Assembly (NCBI GenBank): GCA_963836025.1
Contig: CAWIIE010000014.1
Span: 105,493-169,492 of the forward strand
Origin: an uncultured Actinomycetota bacterium
GTDB taxonomy: Bacteria; Actinomycetota; Actinomycetes; JBEVHX01
Length of the DNA stretch: 64,000 bases
Reading direction: 5' to 3'
In this document: positions 20,143-28,887 of the stretch, piece after piece
Layout: the number at the start of each line of letters is the position of its first letter
Position numbering within the stretch: the stretch's first letter is position 1
Position numbers and translations under genes: made by a program
Notes under the pieces: model-generated
The model's database searches: none
What the model was told of the DNA's origin: nothing
The model's input: only the letters and a program-made list of their open reading frames with translations

Positions 20143-21269
20143 GCGGTCTCCGGCACCAGTGGGGTCCGCGGGGCCGTATTGGGCGGCCGACGCCATGAGC
20201 GGTTGCCCCGCCAGAACAGATAGGTCAGCACTCCCAGCGGGATAGGCAAGACGTAGGTCAGCAAGCGGTACACCAAGACCGCGGCAGTGACGTCATCGCG
20301 CGAGCCGCCTGCGGCGGCGAGGCCGGCGATGAGGGCCACGTCAACAACACCGACCCCGCCGGGAGTGATCGGAATCGCGGTCAGGAGCCGCGCGAACGCG
20401 AAGACGGCAAGCACCTCCTGCCAGGCGATCTCCTCCTGTGAGACGCCGATGTGACGCAGCGCGAGCAGCAGGACGAAGAACAGCGACAGTTGGCTCACCA
20501 ACGTGCCCAAGGTGAGCCAATGCCAACGCGCCCGGACCAGCAGGACGGTCCGCGACCGGAACTTGGCGACCGCACGACCCCAGCCCTGCACGGGGTCGCG
20601 GCGCAGCACCCCCAGCACCTTGGAGACCGCACGACCTAGCGCCTCACCGACCCGGTGCGCCCACGCGTCGCTGCGCAGCAGCAATGCAAACAGCACGATC
20701 GCGGTTGCCAGCGCGACGACTCCGATGACGGCGGCGACGACGCGGCCGGTGCTGGCGCCGCCCTCGAGCGCGACGAGCGCGAGCGCGATGACTGGGAGTC
20801 CCAGCTTGGCGAAGTTGTTCCAGATTCCAGAGACCGACATGGACACCGTGGAGCGTGAGCGAGAGAACCCCCACGAGTCGTACATCGCGAACGTCATCGC
20901 CACGCCGAGTGCGGCGCCGGCGGGCAGCGTGTTCGCGACCGCCGTCGACGACTGGGTCGCGACGAACGCCTGGCGCGGCCGTATGCCCGGCATCGACGGC
21001 ACGATGACGAACAAGTAGGTGACTAGATTCCACGCCGCAGCAGCGACGAGGGTCGCAACCTCCATCGGCGTCATCGCTTTGATCGAGGCCCAGACAGCCT
21101 CCATGTCGGCGAACTGCGGCAGGAAGTACGCGAGCACGCCGACGACGATGACCAGCGTGATGACGCCGGAGATCCATTGCCGGCGGCTGATCCGGATGCC
21201 TTCGCTTGCTGGGCTCGTCACCTCGGCGGCCGCCTCGTCGTCGGACGGGTGTGTCGACGGCTCAGTCAT
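20139..21269 (-). CDS. LPG-synthase-TM / UPF0104 flippase-like membrane protein
   Basis: 376 aa polytopic; FAFARLLTAIPITPGGVGVVDV signature; translationally coupled to the PAP2 gene. Confidence 0.8.
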   Translation of the reverse strand: MTEPSTHPSDDEAAAEVTSPASEGIRISRRQWISGVITLVIVVGVLAYFLPQFADMEAVWASIKAMTPMEVATLVAAAAWNLVTYLFVIVPSMPGIRPRQAFVATQSSTAVANTLPAGAALGVAMTFAMYDSWGFSRSRSTVSMSVSGIWNNFAKLGLPVIALALVALEGGASTGRVVAAVIGVVALATAIVLFALLLRSDAWAHRVGEALGRAVSKVLGVLRRDPVQGWGRAVAKFRSRTVLLVRARWHWLTLGTLVSQLSLFFVLLLALRHIGVSQEEIAWQEVLAVFAFARLLTAIPITPGGVGVVDVALIAGLAAAGGSRDDVTAAVLVYRLLTYVLPIPLGVLTYLFWRGNRSWRRPPNTAPRTPLVPETA

Positions 21270-22517
21270 CGGGAGCCCTCCGGATCGAGGTGGAGCCGGT
21301 CGTCGGTGGAGTCGGCCAAAGCGTCAGCCACCGCTGCCGCTGGGATCGACCATCGTTGTCCTCCGATCGACGTCGTCCGACCAGCCTAATAAGCGCTCGC
21401 CGTCGCTCTGATTGCAGAGTCTCCAAAGAGCGATGTGCCTTGCGGGTGCCGGCAGCGAGCCTCATGCCTTTTACAGCGCATCCCCACCCAGGGACTGATC
21501 GATCCGAATCGTGAACGTCCTTGCGCCGGTTCTCTGGACGTGGTGGCAGTGTCGTTGCACCGAAAGACGCCTTCGGTCCTACTGCGCTGGGAGTCGTCAG
21601 CCCGGCCGCGCCAACGGACAGCTGCTCTTCGGTTGACGTCGTGACGGCGGCCCGACGCGGACGACTTGGACGATCAGGACCCGGTCGCGGACCTCGTCGA
21701 CGATGCGGTCGTCGCCGTCCCGGACACGGGCAGTGTCCTTCGCGCGCCCGCCATCGCGACGCAGCTTGGAGGTCGCGGGGTTCGGCGAGGAGGTCGATCG
21801 CGGCGCCCCCCGCTGCCCCGCGCGGGGCAGACTGCCGATAGACCTGACCGCGCGGCGAGCGATATGCGAGCCGCCCGACCGTGCGCATGGCCGTGACGTC
21901 GTGGTGTTGTGGTCGGCTCGCCCTCCCGGCGGCGGCGGTTCAGCGTCGCCGCCGTGAAGCGATTCCTAGGGGCACTAGCGGGGTTGTACCTGCTCGCTGC
22001 GCTGATCGGGAAGGGTGCTTGCGGCCGCAGGTGTAGCCCGGTGCGGATGTTCGTCGGACTGCTGGTGCCGCCGGCGGGGGTTGTTCGCGTTCCGCTGGGT
22101 CTTTCCGTACGGGCATCGTTGACCACTCGAGGGGCGCACGTCACACCACCCGATCGTCGGGGACCTCGAGTTGCCATTCGAGTCCTTTCCCCCAGGGGTC
22201 GACACCAGCCAGAGCCTGCTCACCTACACCCCCGAGCCAGGCTCGTCCACGCACGATGCCCTGACTCTGCTGGCCGGTTGGGCCGCCGGCACCGCACAGG
22301 GCAGCCGCTCCAGCGGGCACCCGAGCGCGCTGCGACGGGGACACACCAAACGGGAACCCGATCTGCCCACCGGATCCACGGCTGCGCCCCCGAAGTTGCA
22401 TAGCAGAACTCGAACACTGTCCAGGTAGGCGTTGGGCACCTCACCGACGTCCGGCCTGCATCCGCACCCGGACATCGGCACGAGCGCAATCGATCCGTCC
22501 GCTGCCATCGTTGGGGC

Positions 22518-22964
22518 ATGCAGACCGTGTGCGAGGCCGCGGGTGGCGACGAGGGCCTGCTCCGCCTGGCCAGGGCGTGGCACGCCCGGGTGATGGCAGA
22601 CGAAGTGGTCAGCCACGCGTTCAGCCACGGTTTCCACCCCAAGCACAGCGAGCGCCTCGCCGCCTACTGGGCCGAGGCACTCGGTGGCCCGACGACCTAC
22701 TCCGATACCTACGGCGATGAAACCTCAGTGGTGCGCATCCACAGCGGCAACGGACCGCACCAGGAGATGGACCAGCGAGCCATCGCCTGCTTCGACCAGG
22801 CGCTGACCGACATCGGAGTATCCGACAACGACCCGCTCCGGGTAGTGCTATACGACTACTTCGCCTGGGCGACCACAACGACCATGTCCCGCTATCACCA
22901 GTCCGCGGACGAGTGCCGGCACGATCCCGCTAGACCTTCGAAGATCAGGAAACGCGAATGCTGA
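22518..22964 (+). CDS. bacterial-like (truncated) globin with atypical C-terminus
   Basis: GGDEGLLRLARAWHARVMADEVVSHAF...ERLAAYWAEALGGPTTYS...VVRIHSGNG; after HQSAD it diverges from the paralogous 3' fragment at 25717-25998. Confidence 0.75.
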   Translation: MQTVCEAAGGDEGLLRLARAWHARVMADEVVSHAFSHGFHPKHSERLAAYWAEALGGPTTYSDTYGDETSVVRIHSGNGPHQEMDQRAIACFDQALTDIGVSDNDPLRVVLYDYFAWATTTTMSRYHQSADECRHDPARPSKIRKREC

Positions 22965-23111
22965 TTTGCTGGCGGCAAGGAGACTGATCCTGGCCTAGCC
23001 GGAACGACGCAGCAGCCCCATCAGGAGTGACGCTTGGGACAAACCGCTTGTTCGCGCCCGGCTTAGCGAGCCGACCAGCGATACGGTGCGGCGCAGGGGC
23101 CACTGGGTGAG

Positions 23112-25319
23112 GTGCACATCGTGGAACTGTCTTCCGGCAAGGATGCGACGGCGGCGGCACAGCCTGGCGGGCAGCCCGCTGTGTCGCGCGCGACCGGACG
23201 ACGACGGCGGCCTTCCGGGCAGCCGCCACCGTTGCCGCGTCATGTGCGGAGAAGCGGCCTTGGGTGGCTGCTGGCCTTGATCGCCCTGGCGGCCGTGTCG
23301 ATCGCGATGTTTGCCGGTCGTTGGCGTGGGCCCGCAGTGACGGTGACGGTGGTGGACGACACGATCGTCCGCTGGCTGTCCGAAGTCGCCTTCCCCGGAT
23401 ATCTGGGGGTGATGCGTGGCCTGGCGGCGGTGGCGTGGCTTCCGTTGATCACGGCGGGGCTGTGGGCGCTGGTCATCGCGCTGCTCGCGTTGCGCAGGCT
23501 GCGTCACCTGGTCGTCTTCCTCGCCGCCTGGCTGATCGGCGGGCTGGTCTTCAGCCTGACCTTTCTCGCCGCGCAGCGACCACGCCCGTTCGGTGTGACG
23601 ATCCGCGGGGATTGGCTCGGCTGGGCGTTGCCGTCGCTGGCCATGACCACGCTTTCGGCCCTGGCGGTCGGCGTGCTGTACACGCTGGTGCCGGAGGGAC
23701 GCTGGCGCAACGTCGGCAAGTGGGTCGCTGCCGGACTGCTGTCGATGGTGGCTGTGGGCCGGATGGCGTTGGGCATCGAGGGGCCGACCGACGTGTTGGT
23801 CGGTGTCGCCATCGGGGTGACGATTCCGCTGGTCGCGTTCCGCTTGTTCACGCCTAACGAGGTGTTTCCGGTCACCTACCGCCGAGGCAGGGCTGCGCAT
23901 CTCGACGTGGGAGGCGCGCGCGGGGAGGCGATCCGTTCGGCGCTGCAGGAGCAGCTCGGCCTGACCGTGGAATCATTGGCCCCCTTCGCCTTGGCCGGGT
24001 CCGCGGGATCCACCCCGCTGCGAATCCGGATCGCAGGCGACCCCGGCACCTGGCTGTTCGGCAAGTTGTATGCGGCCAGTCACCTCAGCGCCGACCGCTG
24101 GTACAAGCTCGGGCGCGAGCTGATGTACGGCCGGCTGGAGGACGAGAAACCGTTCCACTCGGTGCGCCGGCTGGTCCAGCAGGAGGACTACATGCTGCGG
24201 CTCTTCCGAGACAACGGGCTCCCGACGGCAGCGCCGCACGGGGTCGCGGAGCTCACACCCGAGCGCGAGTACCTGCTGCTCACGGAGTTCTTCGACGGCT
24301 CAGTCGAACTTGGCGACGTTGAGGTCGACGACGAGATCATCGACGCCGGCCTCGCGATCGTCCGCCGGCTCTGGGACGCGGGGGTCGCGCACCGCGACAT
24401 CAAGCCCTCCAACCTGCTTGTTCGCGGGCAGGAGGTCCTGCTCATCGACGTCGCGTTCGCCGAGCTACGGCCGACGCCGTGGCGGCAGGCCGTCGACCTG
24501 GCCAACATGATGCTTTGCCTGGCGCTGCGGAGCAGCCCGGAGCGGGTCTACCAGCGAGCGCAGACCTACTTCACGCTTGCGGACATCGGTGAGGCGTTCG
24601 CCGCTGCGCGCGGCCTCGCGCTGCCATCACAGCTGCGGCGGGCCCTGCGCGCAGAGGGCCGCGACCTGCACGCGGAGTTCCTCGCTCTGCTGCCGGAGCG
24701 GCCACAGCCGGTACGGATCCAACGGTGGAGCACGCGGCGGGTCGCTCTCTGGGTGTGCGTGGCATTCGGTGTGTTTCTGCTCATCCAGAACAGGTCGTTC
24801 TTCACGCTGCAAGAGGCAGAATCGGCCGATCTGGACATACCTGCGCTCGAATGCAGCGAGTTACCGCCGATGTGGCTGCAGGCTCAGGCGGTCCCGTCGG
24901 CGTCGCTGGTGCCGTGCACCGGCCCGCTGGCGACCGGGTGGTCGTTGGCGCAGGCAAATGTCCGGCGCGGTGAAGCCACCCTGACGTTCGACCACGACCG
25001 TGGCGGCGAGGGCGCGCTGGTCGCGACCTTCCGGGAGAGGTGCGACGTCGGCGATGCGGTGGAGGTACCAACCTCCGACAGTCGGGTGACCCGCTTCCAG
25101 CAACAACCCGGTCGTACCGCCGCCGATGCCACCTGGTTCGAGGTCTTCCCCGGCGGATGCGTCACCGTCGTGGTGGATCACGATGCAGAAGAGCTTGACG
25201 TCCTGGGCGACCTGACGGCGCAGGCGCCCGGAGTCCTCGGTTTCACCAGCCGGCGGAGTCTGCAGGAGGAGCTGGAGCAGCGGTCCGACGGCAGGCTCAG
25301 CCTCGACCCAGCCAACTGA
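23112..25319 (+). CDS. multi-domain membrane protein: degenerate PAP2-like TM domain, kinase-like domain, TM, extracytoplasmic C-domain
   Basis: PAP2 remnants AQRPRP / PSLA (PSGH without His) / GRMALGIEGPTD (SRx5Hx3D without His); kinase FGKLYA, QQEDYML, HRDIKPSNLLV, LIDVAFAE; TM VALWVCVAFGVFLLI; GTG start. Confidence 0.7.
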   Translation: MHIVELSSGKDATAAAQPGGQPAVSRATGRRRRPSGQPPPLPRHVRRSGLGWLLALIALAAVSIAMFAGRWRGPAVTVTVVDDTIVRWLSEVAFPGYLGVMRGLAAVAWLPLITAGLWALVIALLALRRLRHLVVFLAAWLIGGLVFSLTFLAAQRPRPFGVTIRGDWLGWALPSLAMTTLSALAVGVLYTLVPEGRWRNVGKWVAAGLLSMVAVGRMALGIEGPTDVLVGVAIGVTIPLVAFRLFTPNEVFPVTYRRGRAAHLDVGGARGEAIRSALQEQLGLTVESLAPFALAGSAGSTPLRIRIAGDPGTWLFGKLYAASHLSADRWYKLGRELMYGRLEDEKPFHSVRRLVQQEDYMLRLFRDNGLPTAAPHGVAELTPEREYLLLTEFFDGSVELGDVEVDDEIIDAGLAIVRRLWDAGVAHRDIKPSNLLVRGQEVLLIDVAFAELRPTPWRQAVDLANMMLCLALRSSPERVYQRAQTYFTLADIGEAFAAARGLALPSQLRRALRAEGRDLHAEFLALLPERPQPVRIQRWSTRRVALWVCVAFGVFLLIQNRSFFTLQEAESADLDIPALECSELPPMWLQAQAVPSASLVPCTGPLATGWSLAQANVRRGEATLTFDHDRGGEGALVATFRERCDVGDAVEVPTSDSRVTRFQQQPGRTAADATWFEVFPGGCVTVVVDHDAEELDVLGDLTAQAPGVLGFTSRRSLQEELEQRSDGRLSLDPAN

Positions 25320-25374
25320 CGACGCGGGTGGCGGCGGCGCACCGGCTTTGCAACGTTGGGCCGGTCGGGACTGG

Positions 25375-25700
25375 CTACCGCTGCTGGTGATCGGTCCCGG
25401 TTCGGCTGACGGCCGAGAGCCGATCGGGTGGCGCCAGCTGGAGCGGCGGCGCCAGAACACGTAGCAGGCCGCGCCGATCAGGATCGGCGGCAGGAATGTG
25501 AGTGCCCTGGGAAACAAGCACCGCGGCGACGATTCGGATGCGGGTGACGGCGTCGACGCCGAAGGACAACGCCGCGACGTAGCCGAGCTCGATAACGCCC
25601 AGCCCGCCGGGGGTGATCGGCACCGCGGTCAGCAGCCGCCCGAAAGCAAAAGCGGCGAGCCCCGACCCGCTCCACGAGGCGTTCCTGCAGGCAGGCGCGG
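25375..25700 (-). pseudogene. C-terminal fragment of a second LPG-synthase-TM gene, frameshifted and 5'-truncated
   Basis: AFAFGRLLTAVPITPGGLGVIELGYVAAL...AAVLV, then in another frame FLPPILIGAACYVFWRRRSSWRHP; parallels the C-terminus of 20139-21269; abuts the globin fragment. Confidence 0.55.
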
Positions 25701-25716
25701 CTCGAGTGGCCGTCCC

Positions 25717-25998
25717 GGCCCGACGAGCTACTCCGACAGCTATCGCGATGAGACCTCGGTGGTGCGGATCCACAGCGGCAATGGACCGCACCAGGAGATG
25801 GACCGGCGAGCCGTCGCCTGCTTCGACCAGGCGCTGACCGACATCGGAGTATTCGACAACGACACGCTCCGGGCGGTGCTACACGACTACTTCGCCTGGG
25901 CGACCACAACGACCATGTCCCGCTATCACCAGTCCGCGGAGGACGTGCCCGATGACCTACGCATTCCGCACTGGTCCTGGGACGGACAGCAGACCTAG
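25717..25998 (+). pseudogene. 5'-truncated globin gene fragment
   Basis: 25717-25940 aligns gap-free to 22686-22909 with 16 mismatches in 224 nt (hand count); keeps a C-terminus ending ...DLRIPHWSWDGQQT; no N-terminal part. Confidence 0.7.
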
Positions 25999-26136
25999 GC
26001 CCCTCCACAATGCGGCGGTAAGGCCCACCTCGGCCGCGATCCGTTACAAGCGTCGCGGCGGTCTTAACGAGCCGACCATTCGCTTTGCTGGCCGTCGACG
26101 AGCACTTCGAGACCCCGCGCGCCACCTGAGCCGGGT

Positions 26137-26532
26137 TTACTCCTCCGGGGTGGCGGTGGTGAGCCGGCAGTGGCCGGCGTCGCACGCCGCCAGCGCGTCC
26201 CGGACGATTCGTCTGGTTCGGCGCAGTTCCGCCTGTTGCGCCTCGATGCGGGACACGACCTGCTCGAGGCGCCACCGCTCCGAGGAGCAGGTCGCGCCGC
26301 CGAGGTCGTGGGAGGCCATCGCGTCCACGACCTCGGTGACCGTCAGGCCGAGCAGTTGGAACTGCCGCGCCAACCGGACCCGATTCAGGTCGCGGTCGTC
26401 GAAGGTGCGGTACCCGCCCGGAGTGCGGGGTGCGGGGTGCAGCACACCGCGGCGCTCGTAGAACCGGACCGCGTCGACGGACACCCCGGCGGCCACCGCG
26501 AACTCCCCGATACGCATGCGTCGCTCGGTCAT
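26137..26532 (-). CDS. MerR family transcriptional regulator (Cys-containing effector region)
   Basis: MRIGEFAVAAGVSVDAVRFYERRGVL (HTH), long coiled coil, Cys at GGATCSS and ACDAGHC. Confidence 0.85.
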   Translation of the reverse strand: MTERRMRIGEFAVAAGVSVDAVRFYERRGVLHPAPRTPGGYRTFDDRDLNRVRLARQFQLLGLTVTEVVDAMASHDLGGATCSSERWRLEQVVSRIEAQQAELRRTRRIVRDALAACDAGHCRLTTATPEE

Positions 26533-26555
26533 GTCAGCACCTCCACGCCCGTCGC

Positions 26556-26587
26556 TTGACTCTGGACCATGGTCCAGAGTCTACGGT
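26556..26587 (+). promoter_or_regulatory. MerR-type promoter: -35 TTGACT, 20-bp spacer that is part of a 24-bp perfect palindrome, -10 TACGGT
   Basis: TTGACT 26556-26561; GACTCTGGACCATGGTCCAGAGTC 26558-26581; TACGGT 26582-26587; the target ATG at 26594 is 7 nt after the -10. Confidence 0.6.
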
Positions 26588-26593
26588 CCTTCC

Positions 26594-27022
26594 ATGACCA
26601 AGCTGCTGTCCATCGCCGCGCACTCCGATGCCCCGGTCGCCTGCGACATGACCGGCGCCGAGGACACCCTCGCCGCGCGTCTCACCGAGTACCGGCGCCT
26701 GTTCGACCACGCGCTCCTAGGCCGCGAGTCCAGCGACACCGCGACCACGTTCCGGTTCGCCGCACGCCCAGGCGTGCGCGAGTGGGTGCTCGACCTCGTT
26801 CGGCGCGAGGCCGCCTGCTGCCCATTCCTGTCCTATGAGGTCGACCGGGACGGCGAGCAGATCGTGTGGACCACCAGCGGTGGCCTGGGAGCCCCCGACA
26901 TGGCCGCCCTCGACGAGTTCCTCAGCGGTGACGAGGCCGCGGCGGGCTCGTCCAGCGAGATCGCACAACAACTTCACGACCGCGGCGGCATCCCCGTCAT
27001 CGTGCCGCCGAACAAAATGTGA
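26594..27022 (+). CDS. MerR-controlled Cys-motif protein, unknown function
   Basis: ATG 26594; 142 aa with PVACDM and EAACCPFLSYEV; divergent from the merR-like gene. Confidence 0.55.
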   Translation: MTKLLSIAAHSDAPVACDMTGAEDTLAARLTEYRRLFDHALLGRESSDTATTFRFAARPGVREWVLDLVRREAACCPFLSYEVDRDGEQIVWTTSGGLGAPDMAALDEFLSGDEAAAGSSSEIAQQLHDRGGIPVIVPPNKM

Positions 27023-27741
27023 CCGGCCACATCTCGATCGAGCTCGACGGGCTGCCAGGGGCGGTCGGCCCAACGGCACCACCCTGCAGCCGGCCGCGGT
27101 GCCGCATCCCAAACGCCGCCCCGGCCTTGCCGCCAGGTTGCGCACATCCTCGAGGGCTGGGCTACCCGAACGATGCCGCGGAGCCTGGCCCGCCAGCGGA
27201 GGTAGACGCCGAAGGAGATGCCGACAAAGCAGCACCCGGCCGCCATCCGGACGCCCCGACGGCACCCATCCTTGACCGTACCGACAGGCTGCGGATCTCG
27301 GCAGGACCGTGCCTTCGAGCGCTCGGCATGCTCAATGCCAGCCGCTGGTCACCGGCACTCGCGGACGGATTCCTGTGTTGCAGGAATTCGTTGCGCTCGC
27401 CCGAGTGGTCACCGATGTCCGTAAGGGAAGACCCGTCGGAACGTCGACAGCCCATGGTGCCGACACCAGCACTCAGCCGAGCAGCTGCACCGTGAAACGC
27501 CGCGGGCTTCGACCATCTTCGTGACCAAGGCGGCCAGCAGGTACAGCCCCCAACAACGTCCCGACGATTCGCCCACTCCGACAGGTCGTAATCCCGTATG
27601 CGAGTGTGGCAGGGATGTTGGATTGAGGCCGGTGTCCCGTCCGGTTGACCCGAAGTAGTGGCTGGCGCTCCGGTTGCCTTGTAGGCGATCCGTCGCCGGG
27701 CGGGAGACCGACTTGGCACTCACCAGCTGGCGGAAGTGACC

Positions 27742-28887
27742 TAGTACGTCGTGAGTGTATGGATGGTATGTAGTATGTGGGGATGTGTTGTGGAGGATGT
27801 GGTCGGCGGTCTTGGTCCAGATGTAGGGCCTGGGGTGTCGTTCCAGGTCGTGATCCAGGCGCGGATGTCGGTGTTGAGGTGCGCGGACGAGCGGTGCGTG
27901 GAGCGCTGCAGCTTCTTGGTGGTGAGCTCGGCGAACCAGCGCTCGACGAGGTTGAGCGAGGAGCGTGCTGGTCGGGGTGAAGTGGAGGACGAAGCGAGGG
28001 TGCGCGTGCCAGCGAGCGTTTGATGTCGGGGTCTTGTGTGTGGAGGCGTTGTCGAGCACGAGGTGGAACGGCGAGGTCAGTCGGGGACTCGGTGTCGATG
28101 GTGGCAGGAACTTGGTGAACTCGATGGCGCGGTGGCGGGAGTGGAGTGAGCGGATGACTGGCCGGAGGTGAGGTCGAGGGCGGCGTAGAGGCTGGAGGTG
28201 CGTGGCGGAGGTAGTCGTGGCTGGCGCGGCGGGGGTGCCGGGCATCATCGGGAAGATCGGCGCGGTGCGATTCAGTGCCTGGATTGGGTCTTCTCGTCCA
28301 CGCAGAGCACGAAGGCGCGCTCGGGTGGATTGAGGTAGAGCCCGACGACGTCGAGGACCTTGTCGATGAACGGCGGATCCTTGCGACAGCTTCCAGAGAC
28401 TCGTGCCGGTGCGGCTGCAGCCCGAACGCCGCCAGATCCGCGACACCGCGGACTGGCGACATCCCCAGCTCGGACGGCGAGAGACCGGGTCGACGAGTGC
28501 GTCGCGTGCTTCGGCGTCGTCTCCAACGTCTCGAGTGATCACCGCCTCGACCTGCGCATCGAAGACCGTCCGCGGTCGGCCCGGTCGCGGCTCGTCGAAC
28601 AGTCCCGTCCAGACGGTGCTCGGCGAACCGCGCCACGCCACTTGCGCGACGATGGCTGCGCGTGACGCTCGAGCCGTGCAGCGATCTGCGGTGTTCGCCC
28701 GAACCGTCGGCCGCAGGCGAGCACGATCCGCGACCGCGTCGCCAACGCCTCGCGCTCCTCGGCCGCCGCGCCCACGACACGCAACTGCGCACGCTCATCA
28801 TCAGACAACACGCAACGCATACGACGACAGGACTCGGCATAAGTTGAGTCTAAACCACTGACAGAGTATTATTGACTCACGACACTA
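27742..28887 (-). mobile_element. decayed IS630-family element (transposase with multiple frameshifts)
   Basis: Bounded by CTAG at 27741-27744 and 28885-28888; fragments [51 protein letters not shown] spread over three frames. Confidence 0.65.

Noticed and set aside
21270-22508. 1.2-kb stretch with only poor ORFs. It may hold a frameshifted two-domain VOC gene on the minus strand (22141-22508: ...NFGGAAVDPVG / GQIGFPFGV ... GVDPWGKGLEWQLEV).
   Set aside because: The motif resemblance is weak. The putative ATG lies 10 nt from the globin ATG, and I could not reconstruct a continuous protein. Left uncalled.
27023-27741. Short hydrophobic or MFS-like snippets (GTLLGAVPAGRLG, WGLYLLAALV) on the minus strand left of the decayed IS630.
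   Set aside because: The snippets are scattered over different frames. They may come from a gene destroyed by the IS, but no continuous reading frame could be built.
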